This document shows, piece after piece, positions 15,117 through 24,794 of a stretch of 54,928 nt of DNA. The DNA comes from a virus (Duplodnaviria > Caudoviricetes). The stretch covers positions 1 to 54,928 of IMG/VR virus record IMGVR_UViG_3300043409_000503; one strand, given 5' to 3'. The translations under genes and the position numbers were made by a program. Under the pieces are notes generated by a model. The model made no database searches and was not told where the DNA came from. It saw only the letters and a program-made list of their open reading frames with translations. The first letter of the stretch is position 1, and the number at the start of each line of letters is the position of its first letter.

Positions 15117-17669
15117 ATGGCACAAGAATTTCCAATCGACCCAGCGTTTGACCGATTCGTAGATCCTATGTCTGAGGCGCCAGAAGGCGAAGAGGATGAG
15201 GAAGGCGTTGAGGTTGAGCTTGATATTAACGATGAGGATATTGAGGAGCTCCCTGACGGATCCGTCATTGTTACGATGGACACAAAGGGTCCACGCGAGA
15301 ACGAGGACTTCTATCAGAACCTGTCAGATAGCGAAGACTTCGACTTTGACGTGTCCACGATGGCCATGCGCTACATCAAGCTTATCGATAACGATAAGGA
15401 AGCCCGTAAGAAGCGCGATGAGCAGTACGAGGAGGGCATCAAGCGCACCGGCTTAGGTAACGACGCCCCAGGTGGTGCGCAGTTCCAGGGCGCCTCTAAG
15501 GTTGTCCATCCTGTGATGGCTGAGGCCTGCGTTGACTTTGCCTCACGGGCAATTAAGGAGATGTTCCCGCCTGACGGCCCGACCCGGACTAAGATCCTCG
15601 GCGAGGTAGACAAGGAAAAGATAGAGATCGCTGAGCGTAAGCGCGACTTTATGAACTGGCAGCTCACGGAACAGATCGAGGAGTTCCGCGACGAAGAAGA
15701 GCAGCTCTGTACGCAGCTTCCGTTAGGCGGCTCCCAGTACCTGAAGATGTGGTACGACGAGAAGAAGCGCCGCCCATGCACCGAGTTCCTGCCAATCGAC
15801 AACGTCCTGCTGCCGTTTGCCGCGGCTAACTTCTACACCGCCCAGCGCGTAACCGAGATTCAAGACATTACGGAGATGGAGTTCAAGTCCCGTATCAAGT
15901 CTGGCCTGTACCGCGACATCGACTTTATCCGCGCCACCGCTGAGCCTGAGCCAACGAAGCCTAAGAAGGCCAACGACAAGGTTGAGGGTATTACTGCCGG
16001 CGACAATGAGGATGGCGTGCGCCGGGTTTACCACATCTATACCTGGTTAGAGCTCGAAGAGGACAAGTACTCGAAGGGCGAGAGCGCCCCGTACATCCTG
16101 ATGATCGACGAGTTCGACAATGAGGTCATCGGCCTGTACCGTAACTGGGAAGAGGGCGACGAGACCATGTCGAAGTTGGACTGGATCGTCGAGTTTAAGT
16201 TCATCCCCTGGCGTGGCGCCTATGCAATTGGCCTGCCGCACCTAATTGGTGGATTATCTGCAGCCTTGACGGGTGCCTTAAGGGCGCTTTTAGACACCGC
16301 ACATACCAATAATTCACTGACTGCGCTGAAACTGAAGGGCTCGAAGATCTCTGGCCAGTCGCAGAACATCGAAATCACGCAGGTAACGGAGATTGAGGCT
16401 GCCCCTGGTGTTGACGACATCCGTAAAGTGGCTATGCCGCTACCGTTTAACCCGCCAAGCCCGGTACTTTTCCAGCTTTTAGGTTGGCTTAACGATGCAG
16501 CGAAGGGTGTAGTGACCACGGCAGAGGAAAAGATCGCTGACGTTAACTCAAACACACCTGTTGGCACGACCCAGGCGTTAATTGAGCAGGGCGCGGTCGT
16601 ATTTTCGAGTATTCACGCCCGTATGCATACGTCTCAGGGCCGTGTCTTGCGGATTCTGTCCCGAATTAACCGCTGGTACCTCGACGATATGCGTCGTGGC
16701 GAGATGGTTGAAGATCTGGACATCAAGCGCGAGGACTTTGCCCGCATTACGGACGTTATCCCTGTCTCGGACCCGCATATCTTCAGCGAAACGCAGCGGA
16801 TGGCGCAGACGCAGGCGGTTATGGCGATCATGGAGAAGAATCCTGACCTGTTTAACCGCAAGGTGGTCATTGAGCGCTTCCTAAAGCAGATCAAGGTGCC
16901 TGGCGTTAACGAGCTGATGGTCGATACCCCGTCGCCGGTCAAGATTGACGCAGCTAACGAGAACGTGGCGATGGCAATTGGCCAGATGGCCGCGGCTTAC
17001 CCTGAGCAGGACCATCTTGGCCACATCCAGGCGCACTTGGACTTCGCAAAGAACCCGGTACTGGGCGCCAATCCGTTGATTGCCCCGACTTTCGTGCCTA
17101 AGGTCATGGAGCACGTCAAGCAGCACATCGTCCTCTGGTACCTGAACCGCATGAACGGCTATGTCGAGCAGTCGCTAGGCAAGAAGATGGCCGAGTACGA
17201 GCTCCTCAAGGACCCCAAGATGGTGGACAAGCTGTTTGGTGCCGCGTCTCAGCACGTAGACATGGATACGCAGCAGACCCTGTCGGGGATTATGCCGGTT
17301 ATCCAGCAGATCACCCAGATGGCCGAAAAGTACCGTCCTCAGCCGCCGATGTCGCCGGACACCAAGGTCCTTCTGGACACCTCTATGGCCGAGACGCAGC
17401 GTCGTGCAGAGCGGGACAAGGCAGAGATGTCGTTAGAGGCTCAGAAGGCCGCTACGAAGGCCCAGGAGACTATGGCGAAGATGAAGCAGGACTTCGATAT
17501 TGCGATAGAGGACCAGCAGTTGAAGTTGGCCATTGCGACCAACGACCAGGACATGAAAGAACGCATCGAGACGGCCCGTTTAACGCGGGATGCTGCCAAG
17601 CTCTCTCACGAGCAAGACAAGACCGTTTTATCTTTAATCCCCTCAGGAGGCAATTATGGCAACGAGTGA
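15117..17669 (+). CDS. Portal protein (P22-like)
   Basis: About 850 aa after terminase; HPVMAEACVDF...MNWQL, C-terminal coiled coil. Confidence 0.88.
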   Translation: MAQEFPIDPAFDRFVDPMSEAPEGEEDEEGVEVELDINDEDIEELPDGSVIVTMDTKGPRENEDFYQNLSDSEDFDFDVSTMAMRYIKLIDNDKEARKKRDEQYEEGIKRTGLGNDAPGGAQFQGASKVVHPVMAEACVDFASRAIKEMFPPDGPTRTKILGEVDKEKIEIAERKRDFMNWQLTEQIEEFRDEEEQLCTQLPLGGSQYLKMWYDEKKRRPCTEFLPIDNVLLPFAAANFYTAQRVTEIQDITEMEFKSRIKSGLYRDIDFIRATAEPEPTKPKKANDKVEGITAGDNEDGVRRVYHIYTWLELEEDKYSKGESAPYILMIDEFDNEVIGLYRNWEEGDETMSKLDWIVEFKFIPWRGAYAIGLPHLIGGLSAALTGALRALLDTAHTNNSLTALKLKGSKISGQSQNIEITQVTEIEAAPGVDDIRKVAMPLPFNPPSPVLFQLLGWLNDAAKGVVTTAEEKIADVNSNTPVGTTQALIEQGAVVFSSIHARMHTSQGRVLRILSRINRWYLDDMRRGEMVEDLDIKREDFARITDVIPVSDPHIFSETQRMAQTQAVMAIMEKNPDLFNRKVVIERFLKQIKVPGVNELMVDTPSPVKIDAANENVAMAIGQMAAAYPEQDHLGHIQAHLDFAKNPVLGANPLIAPTFVPKVMEHVKQHIVLWYLNRMNGYVEQSLGKKMAEYELLKDPKMVDKLFGAASQHVDMDTQQTLSGIMPVIQQITQMAEKYRPQPPMSPDTKVLLDTSMAETQRRAERDKAEMSLEAQKAATKAQETMAKMKQDFDIAIEDQQLKLAIATNDQDMKERIETARLTRDAAKLSHEQDKTVLSLIPSGGNYGNE

Positions 17670-17811
17670 TCAAGAGCAAAAAAGCATCAATGTACCGCAA
17701 CACAAGCGCATCGCAATGGGCGAGAAGCTTGATGGTACGTCCCTTCAACCAAAAGGCGGTAGCTCAGCCCAAAAATCCTCAGGAGGCCTGCCACAGACAA
17801 AAAGTAAATGA
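17656..17811 (+). CDS. Small basic protein, 51 aa (MATSDQEQKSINVPQHKRIAMG...)
   Basis: Manual translation; AGGAGG RBS; ATGA overlap with next gene. Confidence 0.65.
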   Translation: MATSDQEQKSINVPQHKRIAMGEKLDGTSLQPKGGSSAQKSSGGLPQTKSK

Positions 17812-17993
17812 ACACTATCTCTGACTTCATTGGTCTGATCGAGGCTAAACAGCAGGAAATTGCTGTGTCCCTCGCTGCTGGTAATGCAGTGAACTGGGAG
17901 TCTTATCAGAGAATGGTCGGGCAGAATCTAGGGTTGAGTGATGCCTTGAATATTCTTAACGATTTACTAAAGGAAGATAATGAAAATGAATGA
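17808..17993 (+). CDS. Small head-module protein
   Basis: WESYQRMVGQNLGL; sits directly upstream of the GroES-like gene. Confidence 0.75.
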   Translation: MNTISDFIGLIEAKQQEIAVSLAAGNAVNWESYQRMVGQNLGLSDALNILNDLLKEDNENE

Positions 17994-18417
17994 ACCGGTA
18001 GCGTGTAATAACGCTGAGTTAGCTTGGGCATTTCCGAGCGTTGATCCCGGTGCACAACCCCTTGGAGGCCGCATCTTAGTTCAATTGCGGCGCACACACA
18101 AAAAGGCGACGAGCGCGGGAATTATCCTAGTCGAAGAGACAAAGGAAACCGAAAAGTGGAACAACATGGTAGCGGTGGTGGTTGCATTAGGCCCATTGGC
18201 CTATAAGAACCGCGACACGATGGAGTACTGGCCTGAAGGCACTTGGATTCAGGTAGGTGACTACATCCGCGTCCCTAAATGGGGCGGCGACAGATGGGAA
18301 GTGAAGGTGCCTGGGGATGATGAGTATGAAGACCCTGCGCTTTTCATGATCCTTAACGACCATGAAGTTATCGCAAAGCTAACGGGCGACCCGATGGCTA
18401 TGCGTGCCTTTCTCTAA
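17980..18417 (+). CDS. groES: GroES-like co-chaperonin
   Basis: PLGGRILV...SAGIIL...VVALGP...VGDYI...ILNDHEVIAKL. Confidence 0.88.
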   Translation: MKMNEPVACNNAELAWAFPSVDPGAQPLGGRILVQLRRTHKKATSAGIILVEETKETEKWNNMVAVVVALGPLAYKNRDTMEYWPEGTWIQVGDYIRVPKWGGDRWEVKVPGDDEYEDPALFMILNDHEVIAKLTGDPMAMRAFL

Positions 18418-18426
18418 GGAGGAGCT

Positions 18427-19386
18427 ATGAGTACAGATAAAAAAGAAGCCGAGTTGGAATATCGGGAAGACAAGGACGGTGGCGTCGTTATCACTATGCC
18501 GGCCGATGAGGTTGATGATGATGACGACGAGCCGGTAAGTGCCGCGGCAGGCGGGGCACAAGAGGCAGACGACGACACGGATGACGAAAGCGCCGATGGC
18601 GACTACGACAGCCCAATACGGGAGGCACGCCGCGCCCGTCGGAAAGCCAAAAAAGAGTACATCAAGAAGACAAACGTAGAGAAGGACCAGCGCCTGCAGA
18701 TGCTTGACCGCGAGAATGCGGCCATGAAGGAGCGCCTAGCTGTCTTAGAGCGCAAATCCCAAGGCGCCGACTTAGCTCAGATTGACCGGGCTATTGGCGA
18801 TGAGGAGATGCGCCTACGCTATGCGCAGCAGAAGCTTGAGGAGGCTGTTAACAACTCGGACGGTCCTTTAAGTGTCCAGGCCCAAGACGCGGTCTATGAG
18901 GCTCGGCAGAAGGTTGAGCAGCTCAAACACTTAAAGCAACGGGCAAACCAGGCTACCCAGGAGGCTCCAGCTTACGATCCTCGGATCAAGCGGCACTCTG
19001 ATGCCTGGTTAGCGGAGAACGACTGGTACGACTCTGGCCTCAAGGATGAGGATAGTAAGATCGCCAAAGTGGTCGATTCTACGCTTCACGAGGAAGGTTG
19101 GGACCCTGCTATGCCGGATTATTGGCAGGAATTCAATAGACGGTTGCATAAGAAATTACCTCACCGTTATACTGATTCTGATGACGAAAGATCAAGTAGG
19201 CGTCCTCGGAGTGTAGTGACTGGATCTGGGCGGGAAACGATGTCAGAAGGTGGCAAAGTTAACGTCACAATTGAGCCAGAAAAAGTACGGGCAATGAAAG
19301 ATGCAGGATTGTGGGAGAACAAAGCTCTCCGCACGAAGATGCTGCAACGCTATGCCCGTGAATCACGCAAATACCCAAGGAGCTAA
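18427..19386 (+). CDS. Putative capsid scaffolding protein
   Basis: Acidic N-terminus, long coiled coil, upstream of capsid. Confidence 0.7.
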   Translation: MSTDKKEAELEYREDKDGGVVITMPADEVDDDDDEPVSAAAGGAQEADDDTDDESADGDYDSPIREARRARRKAKKEYIKKTNVEKDQRLQMLDRENAAMKERLAVLERKSQGADLAQIDRAIGDEEMRLRYAQQKLEEAVNNSDGPLSVQAQDAVYEARQKVEQLKHLKQRANQATQEAPAYDPRIKRHSDAWLAENDWYDSGLKDEDSKIAKVVDSTLHEEGWDPAMPDYWQEFNRRLHKKLPHRYTDSDDERSSRRPRSVVTGSGRETMSEGGKVNVTIEPEKVRAMKDAGLWENKALRTKMLQRYARESRKYPRS

Positions 19387-19388
19387 CT

Positions 19389-19925
19389 ATGGACGGACGT
19401 TTAAAGAAATCATTGAAGTCAGGTGGCCGTGAAGATCGCTCAAGCGAGGACACTAAAAGGGCGCCATCTGAAGAGAAGTTTGTGTCAACGCAGGAACGTC
19501 GGAAGATGTGGAGCGATGAATGGACACAGAGTGCGCTGCCCAATGCCCCGGATTTACCGGGATGGCACGTTTGCTGGTTATCGACAACCAATGGCTATGA
19601 CAGTATCGATAAGCGGGTTCGACTTGGCTATGTACCTGTGAAAGCAGAAGAGATAGACGGGTTTGAAAATCACCGCGTAAAGGCTGGAGAGCATGTTGGC
19701 TATATTGCGTGTAACGAGATGTTGTTGTTCAAGATCCCTGAAGATATTTATCAGGAGATCATGACTCACTTTCACCATGATCAGCCAATGGAAGAGGCTA
19801 ATAAGATCAAGGTGCAGGCTGAATCTCAGGTTGGACGTGATAGTTCGGGTCGCAAGCTCGGACAAGTCGAAGGCGAAGGCTTGGGCAATATTGATAAGCC
19901 GCTTTCTGCTCCGGTATTTGCCTGA
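19389..19925 (+). CDS. Head-module protein of unknown function
   Basis: AGGAG RBS; head-gene position. Confidence 0.7.
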   Translation: MDGRLKKSLKSGGREDRSSEDTKRAPSEEKFVSTQERRKMWSDEWTQSALPNAPDLPGWHVCWLSTTNGYDSIDKRVRLGYVPVKAEEIDGFENHRVKAGEHVGYIACNEMLLFKIPEDIYQEIMTHFHHDQPMEEANKIKVQAESQVGRDSSGRKLGQVEGEGLGNIDKPLSAPVFA

Positions 19926-19956
19926 GCGTAAGCTATAAACCAATTTAGGAGCTAAT

Positions 19957-20556
19957 ATGAGTACTATTGCTGCTCCGTTTGGCATGCGCCCCGCTTTCCA
20001 TCCATCCGGTCTGGATCGCGCTGTTGCACTTGCTGACGGCATTCAAGCTGTTTCCACATCTGGAAACGTATCCCTCGGCTACGCCGCGAACATTTTCAAG
20101 GGTTCGCCCGTGAAGATGAACACTGCTGGCTGGATCGAAAATAGTTCTGGTAGCGAAGCCATCCAAGGCGCGTTTGCTGGCGTTGAGTGGACTGATTCGA
20201 CAGGTCGTCGTCGTATCTCCCCATACTGGCCTGCTAACGAATCGTTCCAGACAGGTTCTTTGGTTGCGTACTACTACAGCGATCCAAATATTGTGTACGA
20301 GATGCAAGCCGCTGGCTCACTCGCGCAAAATTCGGTCGGTGATCAGTATGACATTACCAATCCAACTACTGGTTCGACTACTACTGGCCTGTCCTCCGCT
20401 TCCCTGGGAACGACCCCTGCCGGTACTAGCGCAACTAACGTGATGCGTGTCATCAACTTGGCCCCCTACCCAGATAATGCTTGGGGTGACGACTACACTA
20501 TCGTTCAAGTACAGATTGCTCTCAGTCAGTACGTTGCAGCGATTAACGCTATCTAA
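19957..20556 (+). CDS. Head decoration/cement-like protein
   Basis: APFGMRP...IFKGSPV...DPNIVYEMQ; immediately before capsid. Confidence 0.65.
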   Translation: MSTIAAPFGMRPAFHPSGLDRAVALADGIQAVSTSGNVSLGYAANIFKGSPVKMNTAGWIENSSGSEAIQGAFAGVEWTDSTGRRRISPYWPANESFQTGSLVAYYYSDPNIVYEMQAAGSLAQNSVGDQYDITNPTTGSTTTGLSSASLGTTPAGTSATNVMRVINLAPYPDNAWGDDYTIVQVQIALSQYVAAINAI

Positions 20557-20571
20557 AGGAGGGACTGAATT

Positions 20572-21486
20572 ATGGCAGCCCCGATGAGAAGTACAGACTT
20601 CCGTAGTATCGTTGAACCAATCATGAACGAATGCTTTGACGGCGTTTATGACCAACGTACTGACGAATGGTCCCGCGTTTTCCGTGAGCAAGACGGTATC
20701 CCACGTAACTACCACGAAGAGCCAGTTCTTTATGGTTTTGGTCTCGCCCCACAACTGCCAGACGGTACTCCGGTAACGTATCAGCAGGGCGGCGTGCTCT
20801 TCCTGCAGCGCTATGTTTACAACGTGTATGGCCTGGCCTTCGCGTTGACCAAAGTGCTGGTTGAAGACGGCGACCACATCCGTATTGGCTCGGTCTATGC
20901 TCGTCACCTCGCTCAGTCCTTGATTGAAACCAAGGAAACCCTGTGCGCGAACGTGCTGAACCGTGCGTTTAACTCGGCCTACCCAGGCGGCGATGGCGTT
21001 CAATTGAACTCCGCTTCGCATCCTATCGCTAACGGTACCTTCAGCAACCTGCTGACGACCGCCGCTAACCTGTCCCAGACCTCGCTTGAGCAGATGCTCA
21101 TCCAGATCCGTCAGGCTGTTGACAACAACCAGAAGAAAATCCGTCTGGTCCCACGTCAACTGGTGGTTGCCCCAGGCAATGTGTTCCAGGCTGAAGTTCT
21201 GCTGAAGTCGGTCCTGCGTTCCGGCAATGCAAACAACGACATCAACCCAGTCAAATCAATTGGCTTGCTTGATGAAGGTGCTGCAGTGCTGTCGCGTCTG
21301 ACTAACTCGAGCGCTTGGTGGGTTCAGACCGATGCTCCAGAAGGCACTAAGCTTCTGATGCGTCGTCGCCTTGAGAAGACGATGGAAGGTGATTTTGAGA
21401 CCGACACCATGCGTTACAAGGCAACTGAGCGTTATCAGGTGGGCTGGACTGATCCACGTACTTTGTACGGTACGCCAGGCATCTAA
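20572..21486 (+). CDS. Major capsid protein (HK97 fold, Mu gpT-like)
   Basis: 304 aa, highly biased codons, PRQLVVAP, GDFETDTMRYKATERY...WTDPR. Confidence 0.9.
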   Translation: MAAPMRSTDFRSIVEPIMNECFDGVYDQRTDEWSRVFREQDGIPRNYHEEPVLYGFGLAPQLPDGTPVTYQQGGVLFLQRYVYNVYGLAFALTKVLVEDGDHIRIGSVYARHLAQSLIETKETLCANVLNRAFNSAYPGGDGVQLNSASHPIANGTFSNLLTTAANLSQTSLEQMLIQIRQAVDNNQKKIRLVPRQLVVAPGNVFQAEVLLKSVLRSGNANNDINPVKSIGLLDEGAAVLSRLTNSSAWWVQTDAPEGTKLLMRRRLEKTMEGDFETDTMRYKATERYQVGWTDPRTLYGTPGI

Positions 21487-21493
21487 ACCAGAA

Positions 21494-21511
21494 GGGGGGC
21501 TTCGGCTCCCC
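21494..21511 (+). other. Stable cUUCGg hairpin after capsid gene (no U tract)
   Basis: GGGGGGC-TTCG-GCTCCCC. Confidence 0.6.
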
Positions 21512-21530
21512 TCGCTACAGGAGAAATTAA

Positions 21531-21980
21531 ATGGCTCAAACCTATATAGGTTCGACTCTCCGTACTGGTTCAGGTACCCTGACCGATACGGTTGATGGTG
21601 GATTTGTAGTCGTATCCCAGACTACAACCGTCACCACTGCTGCCGCAGGTACGGCAACAAGTGCATCTGTCACTATTCCAGCAAGTTCACAAATCATCAA
21701 CTTCTTCGTTGACGGCATTGTAGATGCAGTCGCTGGTGCTGGCACGGCTACTACGGTTCCTGTCACGATTGGCACTGCTGCTGCGGGTACACAGTACCTG
21801 TCGGCTACTAATGCTATCGCTGGCGGTCGTGTTGCTTTGGCCTTTACTACGGCTCAAGTGGCTGCAATGGATGATGTTGGTACAAGTACCGGCGTTTTCA
21901 TTACGGCGGACCCGAACGGCACCATCGTAACAACTCAGGGCGTTTACCGTCTGACAGTTGTTTATGCTCAAAAAGTTTAA
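21531..21980 (+). CDS. Virion structural/decoration protein
   Basis: Thr/Ala/Gly-rich beta protein directly after capsid. Confidence 0.7.
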   Translation: MAQTYIGSTLRTGSGTLTDTVDGGFVVVSQTTTVTTAAAGTATSASVTIPASSQIINFFVDGIVDAVAGAGTATTVPVTIGTAAAGTQYLSATNAIAGGRVALAFTTAQVAAMDDVGTSTGVFITADPNGTIVTTQGVYRLTVVYAQKV

Positions 21981-21991
21981 GGGGACACGTC

Positions 21992-23053
21992 ATGGGTCAA
22001 TTTAAACCAATGGTCAAGATGATGACCACGGAGCCTACCGTTGAGCTCAAGCTCAAAAAAGGTGGCTCGGTTGAGAAGAAGATGCAAATGGGTGGTACCC
22101 CTTCTGTGGACGCTCCTCGCATGCCTACCCGCGGCGGTTTGCCTTCGGGTGCGGCAATGCCTGGTGCGGCGCCGATGAAGCCTTCAATGGCTGCACGTCG
22201 TCGTGCGATGATGGCTCGACCAGGCGGTGCTGCTCCTGCAGCTCCAGTTGGTCGTGCTGCTGCCATGATGAAAAAAGGCGGCGAGGCTCATGAGGATGTT
22301 GCTCAGGACCGCGCAATGATCAAGAAGGCACTGGCCGGCAAGAAGTTTGCCACTGGCGGTGTTGTGATGGGTCAAGGCGGCTACGCTACCGGCGGTATCA
22401 TCAAGTCCGAAAAGGGCAAAACTAAGATGGTAACGGCTACTCCTAACCATTCGCCTGCAAAAACAGGTGAAGTAAAGTTGGGTAACGGCGGTGGCTACAA
22501 GGATGGCGGCAAAGTTAAAATGTACGCTAAGGGTGGCGGCGTTAACGGTAACGTTAGCACAACCCCTCCTGGCGTTTCTGGCACAACAACTGGTAGCGTC
22601 AAAAAAGGCAATGCTGGCGGCTACAAGACTGGTGGTGCCGCAAAAAAGTTTGCTGACGGTGGGGCTGTGCAGGATGATGGTCGTGCCGTCAAGATGCCAC
22701 AAGGTAATAAGCGCCCTTCGGCGCCTGTAAGCATTAACCAACTGTCCGGTACCTTTAAAAAGGGTGGCAGTGTTAAGAAGTTTTCTACAGGCGGCTTAGG
22801 CGAAACTGAGAAGCGCTTGCTTCGTGAGGCTCAAGAGGAGAAGCTAGATCGTAAAGGTCGTGAGGCATTTGAAAATGTGCCAAAGGTCCAGAAGGAACTC
22901 GACGAGGCGATGAATCCTATGAGTATGATGAGAGAGATGGCCGGTAAAGTTAAGAAGTTATTTACCGGTTCTGAATTACCTAAAGGTTCTGTTACTAAGA
23001 CTGAGAAGTCAGTAACGGTCGCCCCAGGTAAAAAGCGCGGCGGTGCTTGCTAA
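21992..23053 (+). CDS. Basic low-complexity protein with 11 or more [FYML]xxGG motifs
   Basis: LKKGG, MQMGG, MKKGG, FATGG, YATGG, YKDGG, YAKGG, YKTGG, FADGG, FKKGG, FSTGG. Confidence 0.8.
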   Translation: MGQFKPMVKMMTTEPTVELKLKKGGSVEKKMQMGGTPSVDAPRMPTRGGLPSGAAMPGAAPMKPSMAARRRAMMARPGGAAPAAPVGRAAAMMKKGGEAHEDVAQDRAMIKKALAGKKFATGGVVMGQGGYATGGIIKSEKGKTKMVTATPNHSPAKTGEVKLGNGGGYKDGGKVKMYAKGGGVNGNVSTTPPGVSGTTTGSVKKGNAGGYKTGGAAKKFADGGAVQDDGRAVKMPQGNKRPSAPVSINQLSGTFKKGGSVKKFSTGGLGETEKRLLREAQEEKLDRKGREAFENVPKVQKELDEAMNPMSMMREMAGKVKKLFTGSELPKGSVTKTEKSVTVAPGKKRGGAC

Positions 23054-23055
23054 AT

Positions 23056-23084
23056 AAGGTGGGGGCTTCGGCCCCTACTTTTCT
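23056..23084 (+). terminator. Rho-independent terminator
   Basis: AGGTGGGGGC-TTCG-GCCCCTACTT followed by TTCT. Confidence 0.7.
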
Positions 23085-23095
23085 AAGGAACGATC

Positions 23096-23398
23096 ATGAA
23101 GCTACAAACTGTTTCTAAGACTGGCACAGGGTCAAGCTCTGCGCTAGTAATGAACACGAATATCAGCCCATTTAATGTGGGCTTTGGCGTTATTGCCACT
23201 GGCACTGTAACTTATACGATACAGCATACATTTGATAACCCAGCGGTTGGATTTACTGTTTGGTATGCACATCCAACGATTGCTGCTAAGACTGACAATC
23301 AAGATGGTAACTATGCTTTCCCTGTTACTGGCATCAAAGTATTAGTAACAGCGGGTGATGGCACTGCAACGCTGAACCTGATTCAAGCGGGGATCTAA
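23096..23398 (+). CDS. Virion structural protein
   Basis: TAAGGA RBS; small beta-rich sequence. Confidence 0.75.
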   Translation: MKLQTVSKTGTGSSSALVMNTNISPFNVGFGVIATGTVTYTIQHTFDNPAVGFTVWYAHPTIAAKTDNQDGNYAFPVTGIKVLVTAGDGTATLNLIQAGI

Positions 23399-23640
23399 TG
23401 CCTTACGTTGGCTATACCGGCGTTGCTAATCAAGTTAATACGACTGATGGCTTTGGCTTAGGTGTTGGCGCGGCTAATGTTCCTGTGACTAATGGGGATG
23501 GAGAAAACGTAGGCGCTAACGGTGTAGTTGATTTGTATCACGATGGTGTAGTGCAAGTTAAGTATTACATAGCTGATGAAACATCCCCTGGTTACGTGCT
23601 GCAAGAAGATAGCAGCAAAATTGTATTGGAGTCTTCCTAA
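23398..23640 (+). CDS. Hypothetical structural protein
   Basis: TAATG coupling. Confidence 0.7.
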   Translation: MPYVGYTGVANQVNTTDGFGLGVGAANVPVTNGDGENVGANGVVDLYHDGVVQVKYYIADETSPGYVLQEDSSKIVLESS

Positions 23641-24239
23641 TGGCTGACCAAAAAATATCGGCAATGCCGAGTGCTACCGTACCTCTAACTGGCGCGGAGT
23701 TAATGCCTCTTGTTCAAGGCGGGGCAAATGTTCAATCTACCATTAGCGCGTATGGTGACTATGCCCGTACAAAGTATTTTAATCATGGCGCATGGCAGGA
23801 TACGACTACGCAGACTGGCTCAATTACTGCCGGTACTGCTTTTACGTTTAATACCGCAGACGTTACAGATGGCGTAACCCTTGTTGACAACTCAAAACTT
23901 ACGGTTCCTGTTACTGGTGTGTACAACATTCAGTGGTCTGGGCAATTCCAGAACGTAGAAAATGATATTGAGGGTGTGCATGTTTGGTTGCGCGTTGATG
24001 GCGTAGATGTTCCGGGTTCTGCTGGCGATATTAGTTTGGCCGCCCGTAAGTCAGCGACAATCTTTGCCCGCACAATTATTGGTTGGAATTACTTCCTATC
24101 ATTAACGGCTGGTCAGTATGTGCAGATCGTTTGGATTCCAAGCGTGGCAAGTATTACTTGCCCTGCTTACCCTGCCTCAGTAACACCGGCCTATCCATCA
24201 ACTGCTTCCGTAATCGTCACTGTTAACCAGGTGGGATAA
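23640..24239 (+). CDS. Head/tail fibre-like protein with C1q/TNF-like C-terminus
   Basis: MADQKISAMP...ELMPLVQGG N-terminus; GVYNIQWSGQF...LSLTAGQYV. Confidence 0.65.
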   Translation: MADQKISAMPSATVPLTGAELMPLVQGGANVQSTISAYGDYARTKYFNHGAWQDTTTQTGSITAGTAFTFNTADVTDGVTLVDNSKLTVPVTGVYNIQWSGQFQNVENDIEGVHVWLRVDGVDVPGSAGDISLAARKSATIFARTIIGWNYFLSLTAGQYVQIVWIPSVASITCPAYPASVTPAYPSTASVIVTVNQVG

Positions 24240-24787
24240 TGCCAGCTAAATCTAAATCACAGTTTCGGTTAATGCAGGCCGCTGCGCATAATCCTAAGAT
24301 TGCGACGAAAGTTGGCATCCCGGCCTCTACTGCCGCTGAATACGTCCAATCTAACGTGGGTAAGAAGGCCTATAGCAAGCTTCCAGAGGCTAAGGCTGCT
24401 GATGGTGGCTTGTACGCAAATATCCACGCCAAGAGGCAGAGAATCGCTGAGGGTTCTCATGAAAAGATGCGCAAGCCTGGTTCTGAGGGTGCCCCGACGG
24501 CTGGTGCGTTCAGGGAATCTGCTAAGACTGCGAAGATGGCTAAGGGTGGCGTTAGTTTAGCTGTTGGCCGTGGCGAGAAGATGCCTGTTGAGCGCGGCGC
24601 TGGCTTAACGCAAAAAGGCCGTGAAAAGTATAACCGCGAGACCGGCTCTGAGCTCAAGGCTCCGCAACCAGAGGGTGGGAAGCGTAGAGACTCATTCTGC
24701 GCGAGAATGGGTGCAGTAGCAGAAAAGAGCGAAAAAGGTAGTAGGTCCCGAGCTTCAATGAAGCGTTGGAATTGCCCCGGTTGGTGA
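24239..24787 (+). CDS. Basic tri-modular protein; C-terminal DUF6321-like module
   Basis: GLTQKGREKYN...RRDSFCARM...WNC; modules separated by AADGG and MAKGG. Confidence 0.7.
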   Translation: MPAKSKSQFRLMQAAAHNPKIATKVGIPASTAAEYVQSNVGKKAYSKLPEAKAADGGLYANIHAKRQRIAEGSHEKMRKPGSEGAPTAGAFRESAKTAKMAKGGVSLAVGRGEKMPVERGAGLTQKGREKYNRETGSELKAPQPEGGKRRDSFCARMGAVAEKSEKGSRSRASMKRWNCPGW

Positions 24788-24794
24788 GGAAATA

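Noticed and set aside
21494-21511. Intrinsic terminator after capsid gene
   Set aside because: Strong hairpin but no U tract; kept only as a stability or pausing hairpin.
21549-21562. GGTTCGA T-loop-like motifs (also near 19616 and 20371) suggesting tRNAs
   Set aside because: All lie inside coding genes and no cloverleaf could be built around them.
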